64,000 nt of DNA from assembly GCA_964016885.1 (NCBI GenBank), contig OZ024740.1:47802001-47866000 (forward strand). The letters are read 5' to 3'. The DNA comes from Eledone cirrhosa. Its lineage: Eukaryota. Position numbers and translations under genes: made by a program. This document shows positions 1 to 11,547 of the stretch, piece by piece. Position 1 is the stretch's first letter; each line of letters begins with the position of its first letter. The notes under the pieces are model-generated. The model searched no databases, was not told the origin of the DNA, and worked only from the letters and a program-made list of their open reading frames with translations.

Positions 1-184
1 AACTTTGACAATATATGAACAATCATCTGGTTGTGGAACCAACCAACCAACCGGAAATTTATAATAAATTGAAGTAAAAGTAACTGGTGCGTGTGTTTCT
101 TATTGGCAACATGACCCTCCCAAAGTATAACAATATCGGTTTCAACACACGTTTTCAGATAAAGAATCTTGCTAAACAAATTCA

Positions 185-185
<1 letters not shown>

Positions 186-261
<76 letters not shown>

Positions 262-321
262 ATATATATATATACAATATATATATATATATTCAATATA
301 TATATATATATATATATATAC
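186..321. repeat. (TA)n microsatellite
   Basis: Direct TA run with a few interruptions; it generates the YIYI ORFs at 87-426. Confidence 0.98.
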
Positions 322-344
322 AATATATTATTCTGGTTGGAATC

Positions 345-510
345 TCCTGCATTTTTTCAGGGTATGTCAATATTTATTTATAAAACTAACCTATATTATA
401 TTTTATCTCATGAAAGAGCACCATAGTTTGCCTTGGTGGCCCTTGAAATATGTATAATGAAATAAATATGGTTTTATAAATATAGTTTCCATTTGTTAAT
501 ATATTGTGTA
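345..510 (+). mobile_element. Penelope-like pseudo-LTR fragment (family A) with degenerate hammerhead
   Basis: Reverse-complement homolog of 14536-14670. TATTTTAT-CTCATGA-stemII-GAAA-TATGTA-TA-ATGAAATA at 399-464; core reads CUCAUGA instead of CUGAUGA. Confidence 0.7.
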
Positions 511-524
511 TATATATATATATA

Positions 525-3025
525 TCATCATCACCGTTTTACGTCCGTTCTTCCACGCTAGCATGGGTTAGACGGGTTGTCCTGTTGTGGGCAGTGTCTG
601 GTCGGCTGACCATGCCTTGCTCATACAGGAACTGATCTGGCTTGATTTCTACAGCTGGATGCCCTTCCTAACACCAACCTCATTTACAGTGAGTGCTGGG
701 TGCTTTTTCGTGGCGCCTACACGTCCACTTTACAGTGTGGGCTGGGTGCTTTTTTGCCGTGGCACCTCCACGACCACCTTGCGGTGGGGGGTGTGGGGGC
801 ATATTGTTTATATGCTTCAGCATGTACCCATGGGAGGTCGGGTACCCTGTATTACTGCCTGACGCCAGAAGTCACGGTCGTGTGTCATTGACTTTGAGAG
901 GTGTAGTTGGGTAAGGTCGGCTTTTATCACCTCATCCCAAGTCATCTTGGGTCTCCCCACTCCGCGGTTTCCATCAACTTCTAGTGCTCTGCACCTTTTT
1001 ATGCAGCTGTCATCCTTCATACGCATCACATGTCCATACCAGCGTAACCGCCTCTCCTGCACGCAACATTTGATTCCTCTTATGCTCAGTTTCTCTCTCA
1101 ATTCCTTTATGCTTTGTCGTTCACGTATATTACTGTTACACATCCATCGGAGCATGCAGGCTTCGTTTCTCTCTAATCTACGTAAGTCTTCCACCTTCAG
1201 CGCCCAGGTCTCACTACCATGCAACATCGCTGTTCGGATACACGCATCATACAGTCTGCCTTTCATTCTGAGGGAGAAGCCTTTTGCAGCTAGCAGTGGT
1301 AGTAGTTCCCTAAACTTCTTCCATCCCGTTCTTACCCTAGTTATTGTACTTTCTGAGCACCCACCTCCGTTGCTAATTCGGTCACCTAGGTAGCAGAAGC
1401 TGTCTACTGTTTCTACAGGGCCCTCCCAGAGATTGGTGGTACTTGTTTCCTGTGGCTGTTTGCTTTCTGTTTCAGCACAGCTGCTGCATGTGAATCCTAC
1501 ATTCTTAATTAAGCTTCCTGAGATCCCGCTACATCTCTTGTGTACCCATTGTTTGCATTTGGGGCAGAGAATGGAGTTCCTACCTACACCTTTCCTACAT
1601 ACTGAGAAAGGCCATTTCCCTGAGGGGATCTGGGTTCTGTTCTCTCGTCTACTTACAAGGACCTTAGTCTTTGTCATGTTGACTTTGAGGCCCTTTCTCT
1701 CTAGTCCCTGCTTCCAGGTTTGGAATTTATTCTCTAGTTCTACCATAGATTCAGCTATGAGTGCGAGGTCATCAGCATACAGGAGTTCCCATGGGCATCC
1801 GGTCTTAAACTCCTCCGTTATTGCCTGCAGGACTATGATGAACAGGAGAGGGCTAAGAACAGAGCCCTGGTGGACCCCAACCTGTACGCCAAATTCCTCG
1901 CTATACTCATTGCTAATCCTAACTTTGCTGACTGCTCCCCTATACATGGCTTGTACTGCTTTCACAAGCCATTCATCTACTCCTAGTTTTCTAAGAGCCC
2001 ACCAGATTACTGCACGTGGAACTCTGTCAAAGGCTTTCTCAAGGTCTACAAATGCCAAGTAGAGTGGCTTACTTTTAGCTAGGTACTTTTCCTGTAATTG
2101 CCTCACAAGGAAGAGGGCATCAGTGGTGCCTTTCCCTGGTACAAACCCAAATTGCATCTCGTCTGTATTCACCCGGTCCCTAATCAGCTGTGCTATAACT
2201 CTTTCTGTTACTTTCATGACCTGGTCCATCAACTTTATACCTCTATAGTTTCCTCTATCTAGTGCATCGCCTTTACCTTTGTAGCAGTTGACAATGATGC
2301 TACTGCACCAATCTTTTGGTATGGCCCCTTCTAGTATTACCTGGTTAACGATACGTGTGGTTATAGTGTGACCTACAGACCCAGATGCCTTCAGCATCTC
2401 GGCAGCTATACCCGATGGACCGGTTGCCTTCCCTATCTTCATATCTCTGATTGCCTTACTTACTACGCTGCCGCTGACTTGTACTGCTGGTCCCTCTATA
2501 GGGTCTACGTGGGGTAGGGTCTCTTCTTCCCATGCATTCTCCTCATTTAGTAATCTATCATAATGACTCTTCCATGCATCTTTCTTCTCAGCACTTGTGA
2601 GGGCAAGCTCACCTTTATCATTCCGGATACACTTCTCTCCAATGACATCACAACTATCTCTGACACACTGCCTCGCAATCTTGAATACCTCCTGTTTCTG
2701 GTCCTCACGTTGTAAAACATGCTTGAATTTTCTATCCTCTGCTTCCCTCCTAGCTAAGTATACTTGTCGCCTAGCTTCCCTCTTGGTCTCTATGTAATGT
2801 ACCCTGCTCCCCCCGTTCTTCCATTCTTTCCATGCCTGTCTCTTGGCCTTGACTGTTTCATCTACCTTATTGTTTCACCACCAAGTCACTCTCCTCCTGC
2901 TTGAGGTCTTACTCCAGCCACAAACCTCATCCGTCGCCTCTAGTAAGTTATTTTTTAGGAACTCCCAGTTCTCTTCTACGTTAAATGTCTCTATCTGTTC
3001 TTCTTTACTGTCGTAGGCGTTGAGT
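525..3025 (-). mobile_element. RTE-clade LINE, 5'-truncated, (GAT)n tail
   Basis: RT ORF 817-2442 with upstream decayed coding sequence to about 3025; (CAT)n on + at 525; 3' UTR related to copies at 18942, 36093 and 41438. Confidence 0.93.
817..2442 (-). CDS. RTE reverse transcriptase (partial ORF) with PHD-like Cys/His insert
   Basis: Motifs NYRGIKL, QFGF, FVDLEKAFDRV, GVHQGSVLSPLLF, LLYADD, FCYLG, RLRWYGHV; CxxC...CxxCxxxxHxxC...CxxC-type insert with the first Cys mutated here. Confidence 0.92.
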   Translation of the reverse strand: MKIGKATGPSGIAAEMLKASGSVGHTITTRIVNQVILEGAIPKDWCSSIIVNCYKGKGDALDRGNYRGIKLMDQVMKVTERVIAQLIRDRVNTDEMQFGFVPGKGTTDALFLVRQLQEKYLAKSKPLYLAFVDLEKAFDRVPRAVIWWALRKLGVDEWLVKAVQAMYRGAVSKVRISNEYSEEFGVQVGVHQGSVLSPLLFIIVLQAITEEFKTGCPWELLYADDLALIAESMVELENKFQTWKQGLERKGLKVNMTKTKVLVSRRENRTQIPSGKWPFSVCRKGVGRNSILCPKCKQWVHKRCSGISGSLIKNVGFTCSSCAETESKQPQETSTTNLWEGPVETVDSFCYLGDRISNGGGCSESTITRVRTGWKKFRELLPLLAAKGFSLRMKGRLYDACIRTAMLHGSETWALKVEDLRRLERNEACMLRWMCNSNIRERQSIKELREKLSIRGIKCCVQERRLRWYGHVMRMKDDSCIKRCRALEVDGNRGVGRPKMTWDEVIKADLTQLHLSKSMTHDRDFWRQAVIQGTRPPMGTC

Positions 3026-3039
3026 AAAATATATATATA

Positions 3040-3418
3040 TATAAAAGTGAAGAATAACATGGTTGACAGTACAAACAAGGAAATTTATTTACAGTCTTAC
3101 AATTGTTTCCATTATAGAATTGTCTATAAATTGCTAAATACTGGAGACAGTATAACTCAATTTACAATACATCTAAGTCCAATCATTTCATCGGAGACTG
3201 TTGTAAATAAATTTCCTTGTTTGTACTGTCAACCATGTTATTCTTCACTTTTTTATTACTCCAAGATATATTTACATAGGAATACAAGCGAAGTCATAAA
3301 ATCGTCACCAACGTAAACTTCTTGTTGAGTCACACAGCACCGTACGCTTAAACTGTCCATAATAAATAGTTTTCATAGACTCTTATCGGATTACCTTTAA
3401 CGATTTATTGTTATCCTA
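3040..3418. mobile_element. Non-coding Penelope-like (family B) fold-back pseudo-LTR element
   Basis: 3043-3097 is inverted at about 3200-3252; sequence homologous to termini of the PLE at 57690-60842; flanked by (TA)n. Confidence 0.8.
3091..3201 (-). ncRNA. Type I hammerhead ribozyme, degenerate core, long stem II insert
   Basis: Minus strand ACAGTCT-CCGATGA-(~78 nt)-GAAA-CAATTG-TA-AGACTGT: 7-bp stem I, palindromic stem III, GUA triplet, U4>C change in the core. Confidence 0.7.
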
Positions 3419-3436
3419 TATATATATATATAAATG

Positions 3437-3474
<38 letters not shown>

Positions 3475-3477
<3 letters not shown>

Positions 3478-4525
3478 AGATAGAAAAATGCGTACAGCAA
3501 AAAAAAGTAATATTGTTGGAATATAAACCTTTAAAAATACAGGACAAGAAACTAAAATAAAACTTTAAAAGAATAGGACAAGGATCTAAGATAAAACTTT
3601 AAAGAATTGGACAAGAAATAAAAAATTTTACAATAATATTAGTGGCAAAATTTTTATTGGAAAAAATCGAGTTCCACATTCATAGGCTCTGGGTTCCACA
3701 TTCAGAGGTCGTCGTCAGACCGGGGGATCATTTGATCCTGGTTTGAACACCAATTGGGCCATAACCATACCCCTATTTCATCATTCGGCGACACGCCTCA
3801 TGTGTCATGCATAATGTGAATGGACCCATGGGCCCATGAGCACAGATCTTGAGCAGCAGCGGACGGTCTTGTCGTTCCGCTCATCCTTGATCTTGACCAA
3901 CCTGTCCATCTTCTCCTTGCATCTTGTCCTTGAGTTCAAGTCCGGCAGTCCAGATGAATGCGTGCCACAGCTTTCTGGTACAGGAAGGGGGAGCAGGAGG
4001 ACTGGAGGGATGACGGGACAGAGGACCGGTGGTTGAGGGAGGTGCCGTAGTCAGTGGTCAGAGTCGACATCTTGTCCCGGTCGTCTTCTCCATCTTCGTC
4101 TGGTGTTGCGGGACCAGAAGTGCATTCTTGGAGGAGACCTGCAGCTGCATCGGCCAATTCTTCTTGCAATGGTCATTCTGACGGAGCAGAACTGCTCAGC
4201 CAACCAACCCCAACCAGAACCAACAGCTCAGGGACAACGCACAATGAGAGCATGACAATTATTATGCACTAATCAAGAAGATACTGGGGCATAGCACAGG
4301 AAACGAATAAAAAATTTTTACAAATAATAATATTGTAACATTTTTTATTTCTTGTCCAATTCTTTAAAGTTTTATCTTAGTTTCTTGTCCTATTCTTTTA
4401 AAGTTTTATCTTAGATTCTTGTCCTATTCTTTTAAAGTTTTATTTTAGTTTCTTGTCCTGTATTTTTAAAGGTTTATATTCCAACAATATTACTTTTTTT
4501 TGCTGTACGCATTTTTCTATCTGGT
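3475..4525. mobile_element. Foldback-like non-autonomous DNA transposon with ~185-220 bp TIRs
   Basis: ACCAGATAGAAAAATGCGTACAGC... at 3475 is mirrored at 4525; arms contain ~30-bp GGACAAG-containing subterminal repeats; GC-richer ~650 bp core. Superfamily not assigned. Confidence 0.85.
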
Positions 4526-5436
4526 CTACTATTTTTTAAGGCAATGCAAGCAACAACTATCTAATAATTAAATGATCATAGTGAATTACTGACAAGTGAT
4601 TGACATTTTAAAGTTCTTTTGAGTATAATTGCAATCTAGTTGAGGCAACTGGCTTAATGACAAAGCTAGTAAATCATGAATGCATTTGAGATGATTAGTG
4701 CATAATAGTGAATTGGTGAAACTTGTGCATTTCAATGGTGTGAAATTTTGGTCTGGTTGTTGTCATCGGTGTTTCGCAGAGATGCCGGCACGAACAAAGG
4801 TGTCAGTGACACAAAGTTGTCTGCTTGAACAAAGGTGTCAGTCAGACAGACAGTCAGACAGTGTCACAGTCGGTGCGACAAAGCGATCGATGCGATTAAA
4901 AAAAATTTAACTCACATGTTTACCTATATTTTCACAAACTATTGATAGATTGGTACAAAAAATAGCTTTGATAATAAACATAAATTTTTAACGAAGTATT
5001 TAAAAAGCATTTTAGCAGTGAAAAGTGAAGTAATGTTTCACACTGACGCAAGTAGGGCCGTTCAGAAATGACGTAGTCAATTAGGAGGAGGGGATTCGGC
5101 GATTTGACTACATTTGACTAACGTAATCACAATCACAAGAGTTCCGCCGAAAAAAATTCGTCATTTCTGGATTACCTCCCCTAGCGTCACACTTACTACT
5201 CACTCACTTGAACACAAGATTTATCAGCAAACTTTGATTATAAACTTTTTCCCGCTGGACCAAATTTCTAGATTTTTGAGCCAAAAGATGCGTAATGATC
5301 TACTGTTCATGCTCATATAAGTTTTATCTCAGTTAAATAAAGTAGAGCCGCGCTGTACTGTCGTAAACAGACGATTGCCAACGAAAACACGACCACAATA
5401 TTACTAAACGGACTACCGTCCGTTTAGGATATATAT

Positions 5437-6182
5437 ATAGCCGTATTGCCCGCGCCTTGCTGCGTTTCACACATCAGCAATCAAACGATGTTGTCTTTCT
5501 TCTTGCAAATATATGGCGAAATCTATATTGTTCGTCTTTTTTGATGCTCACCAAAAGTTTCATTTTGCGAGATTCTGTTAGCCTCTGTTTTCGCCTGGAA
5601 AGTCATTCTTCCATCTTATAACTACTTTCATATTTCCGAGACTCTGTTTGCCTCTGTCTTTGGCTAGAAAGTCTTTCTTCCCTTAATTACGGCTTTCAGA
5701 TTGACGACGAAGCTTCATCCTTTTTGCATGTGGGTTATTTGCATAACTGGATTTTCTTTTCCGTGGCATAATGGATGTTTGAAAAAATGTCTAAATTAAC
5801 CAAATTTTACTATAAAAGAGAGGTGCTTTTTTTGTTGATTTACGTTTAATTGATAGAAAACCCCCGTGATAATAGAGGTTCCAATACTCAAGTTATGGCC
5901 TTCCAAAATGTTCACTATAGGAGGTTTACCTCCTTTAGGGTGTCTTAATATTATTGAAATTTGCTGAAATGTTGTGAATAGGAATCATCTCTTGTCATTT
6001 ACCTATGGTTTAAATTTTATATAAAAGATTTTCAGCGAGGGTTTGTGGCCCCGGGGAACCCTTTAATTAAATTGAAATATACTTATCCAAGTACCCTGGG
6101 CAATGTAGTTTCAGAATATATATGGTTATGGGGGTCTATCTCCAGAACCATAGGAGGAGTTCGTGAACTTTATATATAGAGA
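5437..6182 (-). mobile_element. Non-autonomous Helitron retaining putative RepHel N-terminus
   Basis: Minus strand starts TCTCTATATAT and ends CGCAGCAAGGCGCGGGCAATACGGCTAT (CTAG variant); ATG at 5769 gives MPRKRKSSYANNPHAKRMKLRRQSES. Ends are shared with 6183-7890. Confidence 0.75.
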
Positions 6183-6602
6183 CTAGCCGAATTACCCGCG
6201 CCTTGCTGCGTTTCACACATTTCTTTTTATAAGAAAATTTGATTTTAAATCAGAGATATCATTTATGGAGAAAAACTCTGCATTTCAATATTACTGAATG
6301 TAAAATGTAATGCATGAAAAATTGGAAAACATTTTTTGTAATATATCAAATCAAAATTACATTATTAAATCTTATTCTTATTTTGTTTCTTGTAAATAAT
6401 TTTTTTCAAAATATCAATTCAAAACTTGATCATTTCATTTTTGTGTAAAGCATTATTTTCAAATTAGAAATTCAAAGTTTAATTATTTATTTTTTAACAT
6501 ATAAATACATGAAAATATATTTCATACTTTGTCCTAATGAAGAACTTCAGAGTAAACAACATTTTTTGTCTTTCTTTGATTGGCTAAAATGTAGAGATTT
6601 TT

Positions 6603-6866
6603 TTAAGTTCCAGTCCTTGAAACGGCCACATAAAACATTCCATGACTTAAACATGGGTTTGTCAGATCTATACCTATAGTTTTGAAAGTTTGACCTTGAC
6701 TCTTATTGATGCTCATGGCAAAGCATGGCCTCATTGGGAACTGCAATCTCTTAAATGTAAAAGGCAACTCGCTATCTCTTGGTATTAGTGGAATCCTCAG
6801 AATGAGAAGAGCTTGACCTTTGAAAGCCCCGAATATAATGGTTGCTTCAATCAAGTACTCATGCAA
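6603..6866 (-). pseudogene. Helitron PIF1-like helicase C-terminal fragment
   Basis: RIPLIP..LPFTFKRLQFP...FAMSINKSQGQT...HGMFYVAVSR, which matches SF1 helicase motifs V and VI of Helitron RepHel. Confidence 0.92.
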
Positions 6867-7006
6867 TCTTGTCCCATTTATTGGACAACATTTTCACTAT
6901 AGGGGGTTTAACTCCCATTAGGGTGTCTTCTTAATATTGAAATTTGCTGAAATTTTGTGAATAGGCATCATATCTTGTCATGTTATGTGATTAGTTGATT
7001 ACCTAT

Positions 7007-7674
7007 TATTTGTGGGGAAAAGAAAATCTACACGTATTACATGTATGTATATAAAGGCAGATAAACGGAATGTATGTCTATTAAATCCCATAGACTGCAA
7101 ACGTTCTCTGGGCAGATTTTTTAAATAAATTTCAGATAAACCCACTGCAGCCGCATACATCTCCAGCAACAATAACTCTTCATAAGAGACAGTGCAAAAC
7201 AGATTTTAGTAATAAAAATTTCTAAATCGTAAACAATTCTATTTCAAACAACACTACAGATATTATTGTCTTCCTGTTTCTTCTACAACTACAACGGTAC
7301 GCGATGGGGCCCACCCACACCCCGGCGGACAGAATGGAGAAGGCGTTTCCTCAGAGGACGGCAAGGGAGACGCGCTGGAAAAGCCACTCCAACTCGCGGG
7401 GCTCACCAGCGGCTGGCCAGCTCAGCGCCTATGGTGGTGAGTAAGGAGGTAGCCCTGGGGCCGAGGACACCAGAGGTCCCCACTGCCAGGAGTGAGTATC
7501 TGACTAATAAAATGACAAGTCAGTCAATCATATCGGTGGCCTCCACACAGCCCCGGCGGACAGAATAGAGAAGGCGTTTCCCCGGAGGACGGTAAGGGAG
7601 TCGCGCTGGAAAAGCCATTCCAGCTCACGGGCTCACACCTGCGGCTGGCCAGCTCAGCGCCTATGGTGGTGAGT
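7007..7674 (-). mobile_element. CRE-clade retroelement 3' fragment with internal ~125 bp duplication, inserted in a Helitron
   Basis: Minus translation TSGVLGPRATSLLTTIGAELASR..PRELEWLFQRVSLAVL*GNAFSIL, the REL C-terminal motif also seen at 31.7 and 48.5 kb; 7320-7444 repeats at 7552-7675; the Helitron resumes at TATGGTTTAAA. Confidence 0.75.
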
Positions 7675-7874
7675 ATGGTTTAAATTTCATATAAATCGAA
7701 GGGAAAAAAATTTCAGCGGGGGTTGTGCCCTCGGGGAACCCTTTGATTAAAATGAAATATACTTATTCAAGTACCCTGGGCAATGTAGTTTCAGAATATT
7801 TATGGTTATGGGGGTCTATCTCCTAAACCATAGGAGGGGTTCGTGAACAAGCAAACAAACAGACAGGGACTACA

Positions 7875-7930
<56 letters not shown>

Positions 7931-7936
7931 TTCATA

Positions 7937-8153
7937 CGAGGGGCTGCTGAAAAGTTCCTGGCTTTAAGGGTATTTCAGAGAACTGGTTAGAGGCCAAACC
8001 TTCCGATTTCTTTATACAGGGCTTAGAAAAACTGAAGGACCGCTGCAATAAGTGTGTGAATCTAAGAGGGGAATATGTTGAATAAAATCATAATTAACTG
8101 ATCCTCCTGTATTTTCTTTTACCCAAAGCCAGGAACTTTTCAACATCCTCTTG
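7937..8153 (+). mobile_element. mariner-derived MITE
   Basis: TIRs CGAGGGGCTGCTGAAAAGTTCCTGGCTTT / AAAGCCAGGAACTTTTCAACATCCTCTTG, TA on both flanks, residual transposase end GLEKLKDRCNKCVNLRGEYVE*. Confidence 0.88.
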
Positions 8154-8369
8154 TATATATACATACACATGTACTTGCACGCATGTGTGTGTCTGCACGT
8201 GTTTAAAATGAAGATGAAACGGGGCGGGCCTGGTACTTCATAGACCCACTGCACCTCGATGTGTAAAAAAAATATTTTTTCTCTCCTAAACATGAGCTAT
8301 CACATTTGTGAGGAGAGGGAAACTTCAATTGTATTGTGTCGATTAATTTTGGTCGGTCGAAGTCTACAC

Positions 8370-8580
8370 ACTAATTAGAACCACGAGCCAATAAAGGATC
8401 CTCTATGTGGTCACTCAGTGTGCTATAAATAGCAGTCAATTCACTCGCTATATTCTACCATCTTTAAAAAGGAGGAAGATGTGTTTGAAAATGTAGTCTG
8501 AAAAAAATTAAAAAACTGGCTGGTCATGGGTAGAATGCCTTTGATCATAAGACTGCTCGACCTGCGACTAAACAACCAGT
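8370..8580 (+). repeat. Old dispersed SINE-like repeat
   Basis: Degenerate similarity to 31045-31220 (-), 26610-26700 (-) and 54330-54540 (+); AAC-rich 3' end. Confidence 0.5.
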
Positions 8581-9753
8581 TCAAACAGGTCATGAATCTG
8601 TCTGAAGCACTTTGTTTATATTATTCACGAGCTAAGAAATAGTATAACCATGTCTACCTAAGGCTTCGTGTTACTGTAAAAAAACACGGGCAATAATACT
8701 AATAATAATGGCACAAGTTCACAAATTTATGCTGGAAAGGGATAAACCATTACGATATTAATGTCTTTCTCAATGACAATAATGATTAAAATAAAATGCA
8801 ATAGAATCGAGTCGGCGCTTAGCGCGCCAAGCTTCCATGATGAATAAAAAAAAAATGTATCATCACGATGACTGATACGTATTGTAAATAATGTACTGTT
8901 ACCCGTTGGAGCAACACTAAACACTTGGTTTTCGTTTATTGATTCAGGGGAGAATATACACTGGAGTAATTTCCCGTGGCTTTCTCCAGAACCATGGTAT
9001 GATTTTTTTCAGTTCGTCGCTGTACGAAACACATGTTAATCCATATATTGTACCTTTTGTCTGTAACAGTAAATTGCATAACACAATGGGTGCTGCAAGT
9101 GTGTTAATCTCTCGTAGATACTGGATATTTTTTTACTATGCTAGATAGAAACGGCAATGGAAAATGAGAAATAATTTTAAATGTTTTGACACCAGTGCTT
9201 GTTTCTCATTATATAACATATCTATTTTTATTTTATTATTTGTTAGAAATATGACACTAAAGTACTTCATTCATTACTTTCGAGCAACATCAATGTAATG
9301 CAAGCAAGCGGTTTCTTAAATAGAATCTAGGATAGATTTTACTTACCTTCTGCGTTAATTTAAGCATGTGGTATGTGTATCAATGGGAATTTTTATGCGT
9401 TTTTTTTTCCTCTTTCGTAAATGAATATATCACTCGATTACTTAGAAAATAACTAATTCTATATACATTAAAAAGTAATGATAATTTTAAAAAACGGCCG
9501 GTCGGCCATATAACTTAGGTAATATTCCTTATTAACTTGAAATAATTGTACGAAAGATAACTCTGCTATTAAGTTAGCAAATTTCTAATCTAAACCTATA
9601 GATTGGGTAATGTCAAAGCGGTCGGTGTAGACGTACAACGTTCAAAGGTTTGGTTCAAAGGTAGAGCATGGATGAAACAAATACTGTACTTAAGTCATGG
9701 TACTGATAAATGTTTAGGCAATAAAACAAGGACTTCTTACTTAGACAGAACGA

Positions 9754-10103
9754 CAAGTTGTCCCCCGGTATTCGCAAGGGTTACGTTGAGAGCACCCGCG
9801 AAGAGTGGAAAACCGCGAATATTGGACGTGGTTCATAAAAATGCCTATAAGCGTCAAAATATAACGTAAAATATAATAAAAGAGGGAGTGTCTTATGCGA
9901 AGGGGCGTCCAATAGACCGGCAAATACGGTATATTGTTAATAATTTAGCGTCAAAAAATATATACTGCCACGAAAAAAGCCATAAAATTTCGCGAAAGAT
10001 ATTTTCGATTCCGCGAATATGCGGTAGTTTCCACGAACAATTATTTGTTTGGCTCTAAGGAATTCTGCGAATAGCCGGGATCGCGAATGCCTGGGGTACG
10101 CTG
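9754..10103. mobile_element. pogo/Tigger-like MITE
   Basis: Imperfect TIRs CAAGTTGTCCCCCGGTATTCGC / GCGAATGCCTGGGGTACGCTG and repeated CGCGAA subterminal motifs. Confidence 0.6.
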
Positions 10104-10367
10104 CATATATGCGTGTGAGTCCCGGGTTCAATTGGGAGTAACCACAGTAAGTAAGGTGTTCAATACATTAGTTGAGTGTAAACAACAAATTTAATATAGA
10201 AATAGCTTCTACAGGACTAGAACTGTTTCATTCAAAGGAAATCATATATATATATATATATATAGGAAAATGTATGACTCCGACGGCAGAGCTCAAGCCG
10301 TTTCGACGGCTATTTCTGGACTAAAATATATATATATAAGTAAGCAGGATCGAAGTCAATGTAACAG

Positions 10368-11040
10368 CATATTAGAATCGTTTCAATATTGATCAACTCA
10401 GGCTACAACCATACTGACCAGGGCCCAACTCTGCCTCCACATCTAATCGGATATGGGAGTTTATATGTGCAAATATACATTGAAACTGTTGAAAGAGGTC
10501 AACGGATCCCTTTATATAGCCTTATTAATGAGTTTAGGGGATGGAATAAAGTTAGGTAAACAAATAACTAATAACTTACATTTAAATAAAAACGAAATAA
10601 AAATAAAAACGCAGACAAGATAAAAGGGACAGCAGGGAAACGTGAAAAATAAGGAAATAAAAAAATAGTAACAGAAAAATATAAAGAATAAAACAACCGT
10701 TACATTGATAGCAGCAACAACAACACCAACCACAGAAACTACAATAAAAGCAGGTACTTTAATGCCAGCTATATGTCCCATAGCGGTCATGGTGGGGAGG
10801 GGTTGTGTGGATGTGATGGTAGGCAGAATATATTGATATCAATATCAACAACACAACATCAGCTAGATCAGTGTTAATTACAGCTAAAGCACTCCTATCA
10901 ATATATGTCAACAAATGGTGTTTTCCACCCACTTCTGAGGACAACATCTTTACAACCACCACCACCACCACTACTAATGATTACAGTATCAACAAGGCCA
11001 ACTCTTTGTTGGGTTCAGTTGTATTGGTAGTAGTAGTAGT
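10368..11040 (-). repeat. Left arm of near-perfect ~670 bp inverted repeat
   Basis: Reverse complement of 13820-14491; ORF track gives identical peptides at 10512/14068 and 10759/13887. Confidence 0.95.
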
Positions 11041-11180
11041 GCCAAGTGCTGGGTCGCAATAATAGTTGTGATATTATTGATAGTAATGTGAGCGAGGCTT
11101 CCATGAGTCTCATTTAGGTATCCTCTTCAGTGGGACATTTGGAAGTATTCACATCAGATACATTAGTGTATCCATTAGAC

Positions 11181-11468
11181 CAGTGGTCACCAACCTTACA
11201 GACCTCACGAACCACTAAATTCATAATTTTAAATCCCGCAGACCACTACTATGAATTTTTTAAAAACGATAAATACATTTGTAAAATAATGATCAGAGAA
11301 CTTCCATTTTATTAATATGAAATGCACCTATTAAAATATAACAAAATTATAAATGCTTATGTAATCATATAAGTAATTATATTATTAATCAACAAAAATT
11401 GTAAAGAAAGTCCAAATTTTTCTGCGGACCACCAAAATTTTCTCTTGGACCACCAGTTGGCTACTCTG
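11181..11468. mobile_element. hAT (Charlie-like) MITE
   Basis: CAGTGGTCACCAAC... / ...GTTGGCTACTCTG with exact 8-bp TSD CATTAGAC at 11173-11180 and 11469-11476. Confidence 0.88.
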
Positions 11469-11547
11469 CATTAGACTATGCCAGCGGTGCATGCAATTGT
11501 AATGCCTTGGATCAGTTGATAGGACTGTAGCATCAGAGTAGTGAATC

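Larger units (their letters stand above)
6183..7890 (-). mobile_element. Non-autonomous Helitron retaining PIF1-helicase C-terminus
   Basis: 3' end ...GGCGCGGGTAATTCGGCTAG; 5' TATATAAAG...GTCTGTTTG; 5' region homologous to 5890-6180; interrupted by the insertion at 7007-7674. Confidence 0.88.

Noticed and set aside
87-426. YIYI, CVCV and MYVC ORFs here and at 15885-16428, 35873-36171, 61158-63074
   Set aside because: Translations of TA, GT and TATG microsatellites.
947-2062. Long plus-strand ORFs opposite RTE RT (also 36557-37498, 42110-43801)
   Set aside because: Antisense shadows of the RT frame with no independent motifs.
7300-7675. GC-rich direct repeat as novel ncRNA or retrozyme
   Set aside because: Minus strand translates to the CRE REL C-terminus; no hammerhead core.
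8948-9660. Candidate small plus-strand exons (8948-8996, about 9602-9648)
   Set aside because: AG/GT boundaries exist, but no recognisable protein or consistent long frame.
10270-10310. Partial hammerheads (GAAACGGC..GCCGTC here; also about 10215-10230, 112-145, and CTGATGA at 17557)
   Set aside because: Only half of the core is present before a (TA)n break; likely PLE remnants, not callable ribozymes.
10512-10971. Duplicated hydrophobic ORFs as membrane-protein genes
   Set aside because: Low-complexity GTT/T-rich translation; identity is due to the inverted repeat.
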